Assembly: GCF_006345805.1 (NCBI RefSeq)
Contig: NC_043005.1
Coordinates: 8,990,001-9,054,000 of the forward strand
Source of the DNA: Octopus sinensis
Lineage: Eukaryota
Reading direction: 5' to 3'
DNA length: 64,000 bases
Shown: positions 63,000 to 64,000 of the stretch, in pieces
Layout of the letters: each line of letters opens with the position of its first letter
Numbering within the stretch: position 1 is the stretch's first letter
Position numbers and translations under genes: made by a program
The notes under the pieces: model-generated
Databases searched by the model: none
Told to the model about the DNA's origin: nothing
Seen by the model: only the letters and a program-made list of their open reading frames with translations

Positions 63000-64000
63000 G
63001 TTATTCCTGTCAGTATTGACAAACCCCACCTGTTCTTATATCGACTGAGTATAAAACGTTGACTCGCAGTTCTATCTCTATTTCTCCTTTATCTGCTATC
63101 ACATTCTCTCAATTTCTCGGACTTTACCGATTCTTAGTCAAAGTTTCGGATTCCAGCTTCAAGTCTGAAAGTTTGCAACATTTTCTCAAAGATATCGCCG
63201 ACTCCACTTCCCGAGTAATATGTCTCTCCTACACACACTATGAACAACATACAAATCGGTGCACGATTTTCCTGCACCTATCACCTATTTCTTTATTACC
63301 CACAAGGGGCTAAACATAGAGGGGACAAACAAGGACAGACATAGGTATTAAGTCGATTACATCGACCCCAGTGCGTAACTGGTACTTAATTTATCGACCC
63401 CGAAAGGATGAAAGGTAAAGTCGACCTCGGCGGAATTTGAACTGACAACGTAACGGCAGACGAAATACCGCAAAGCATTTCGCCCGGCGTGCTAACGATT
63501 CTACCAGCTCTCCGCCTTATCCTGCACCTATCACTCTATAACCTCTCATTCTGAAGTACGCACCTTCGTAACTTCTTCATTCACTGCGGCACCCACAACC
63601 GTCAAGATTCTCCATGTATCACGTATCACCGCAAATATAAGAGTTTTACAACTTTCGTATTAGAAGTTCCTTAGACTCTCGCCCAAACACCAGAATCTCT
63701 TCACCTATTCCATGTCTGTCCATAGATCAGTAATACCGCGAAAATTACGCTAAATCGTTATCCATTAGATTAAAATATGTCGAGTTCCATCCGTTAACGA
63801 AACAGTCTGCCTCTTCGGGGATCTCTTTTACCAACGCCTTCATTGTGTTCACCAATTCAGTCCGGCCGAAACCGCGGAACTCACAAATTACACAACTTTG
63901 TCTTGCCAATAAACATTTCACAATACGGTCCACTATATTTATATACAAGTAAGCGCAGGAATGAAAGAACAGGTAATAACATTATTCTGTTGTGTCTGGG
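63000..64000 (-). pseudogene. Possible very decayed CR1/L2-type ORF2 endonuclease region, interrupted by a SINE
   Basis: Weak motifs LVKEIPEEADCFVNG.N, FRGI.DLWTD, ILTVV..VNEEVTKV; many stops. Confidence 0.3.
63285..63519 (-). mobile_element. SINE family B with 15-bp TSD
   Basis: TSD TCCTGCACCTATCAC at 63270-63284 and 63520-63534. Confidence 0.93.

Overview
AT-rich, microsatellite-laden eukaryotic DNA with no intact protein-coding gene that I can recognise. The repeat families and composition look like an octopus (coleoid cephalopod) genome; this is inferred from pattern recall, not a search. Most listed ORFs are translated microsatellites. Contents: (i) many tRNA-derived SINEs of about five families, labelled A-E here (my labels); (ii) seven non-autonomous Helitrons with TC...hairpin-CTAG ends, plus one orphan 3' end; (iii) decayed mariner and Tc1 transposases, a mariner MITE, and a MITE family with 6-bp TSDs; (iv) LINE remnants (L1/Tx1, RTE, Dong/R4-like, CR1-like); (v) Penelope-like (PLE) termini carrying type I hammerhead ribozyme (HHR) motifs. 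Most notable: a 784-bp near-perfect palindrome and a 131-bp fold-back, each holding two mirror-image hammerheads; a 2.27-kb ORF1-only (HAL1-like) retroelement with a 14-bp TSD nested in a SINE head, plus a diverged second ORF1; and a SINE family that appears to insert into its own internal GGTATTTCG site. Coordinates were counted by hand, so boundaries of degenerate elements are approximate.
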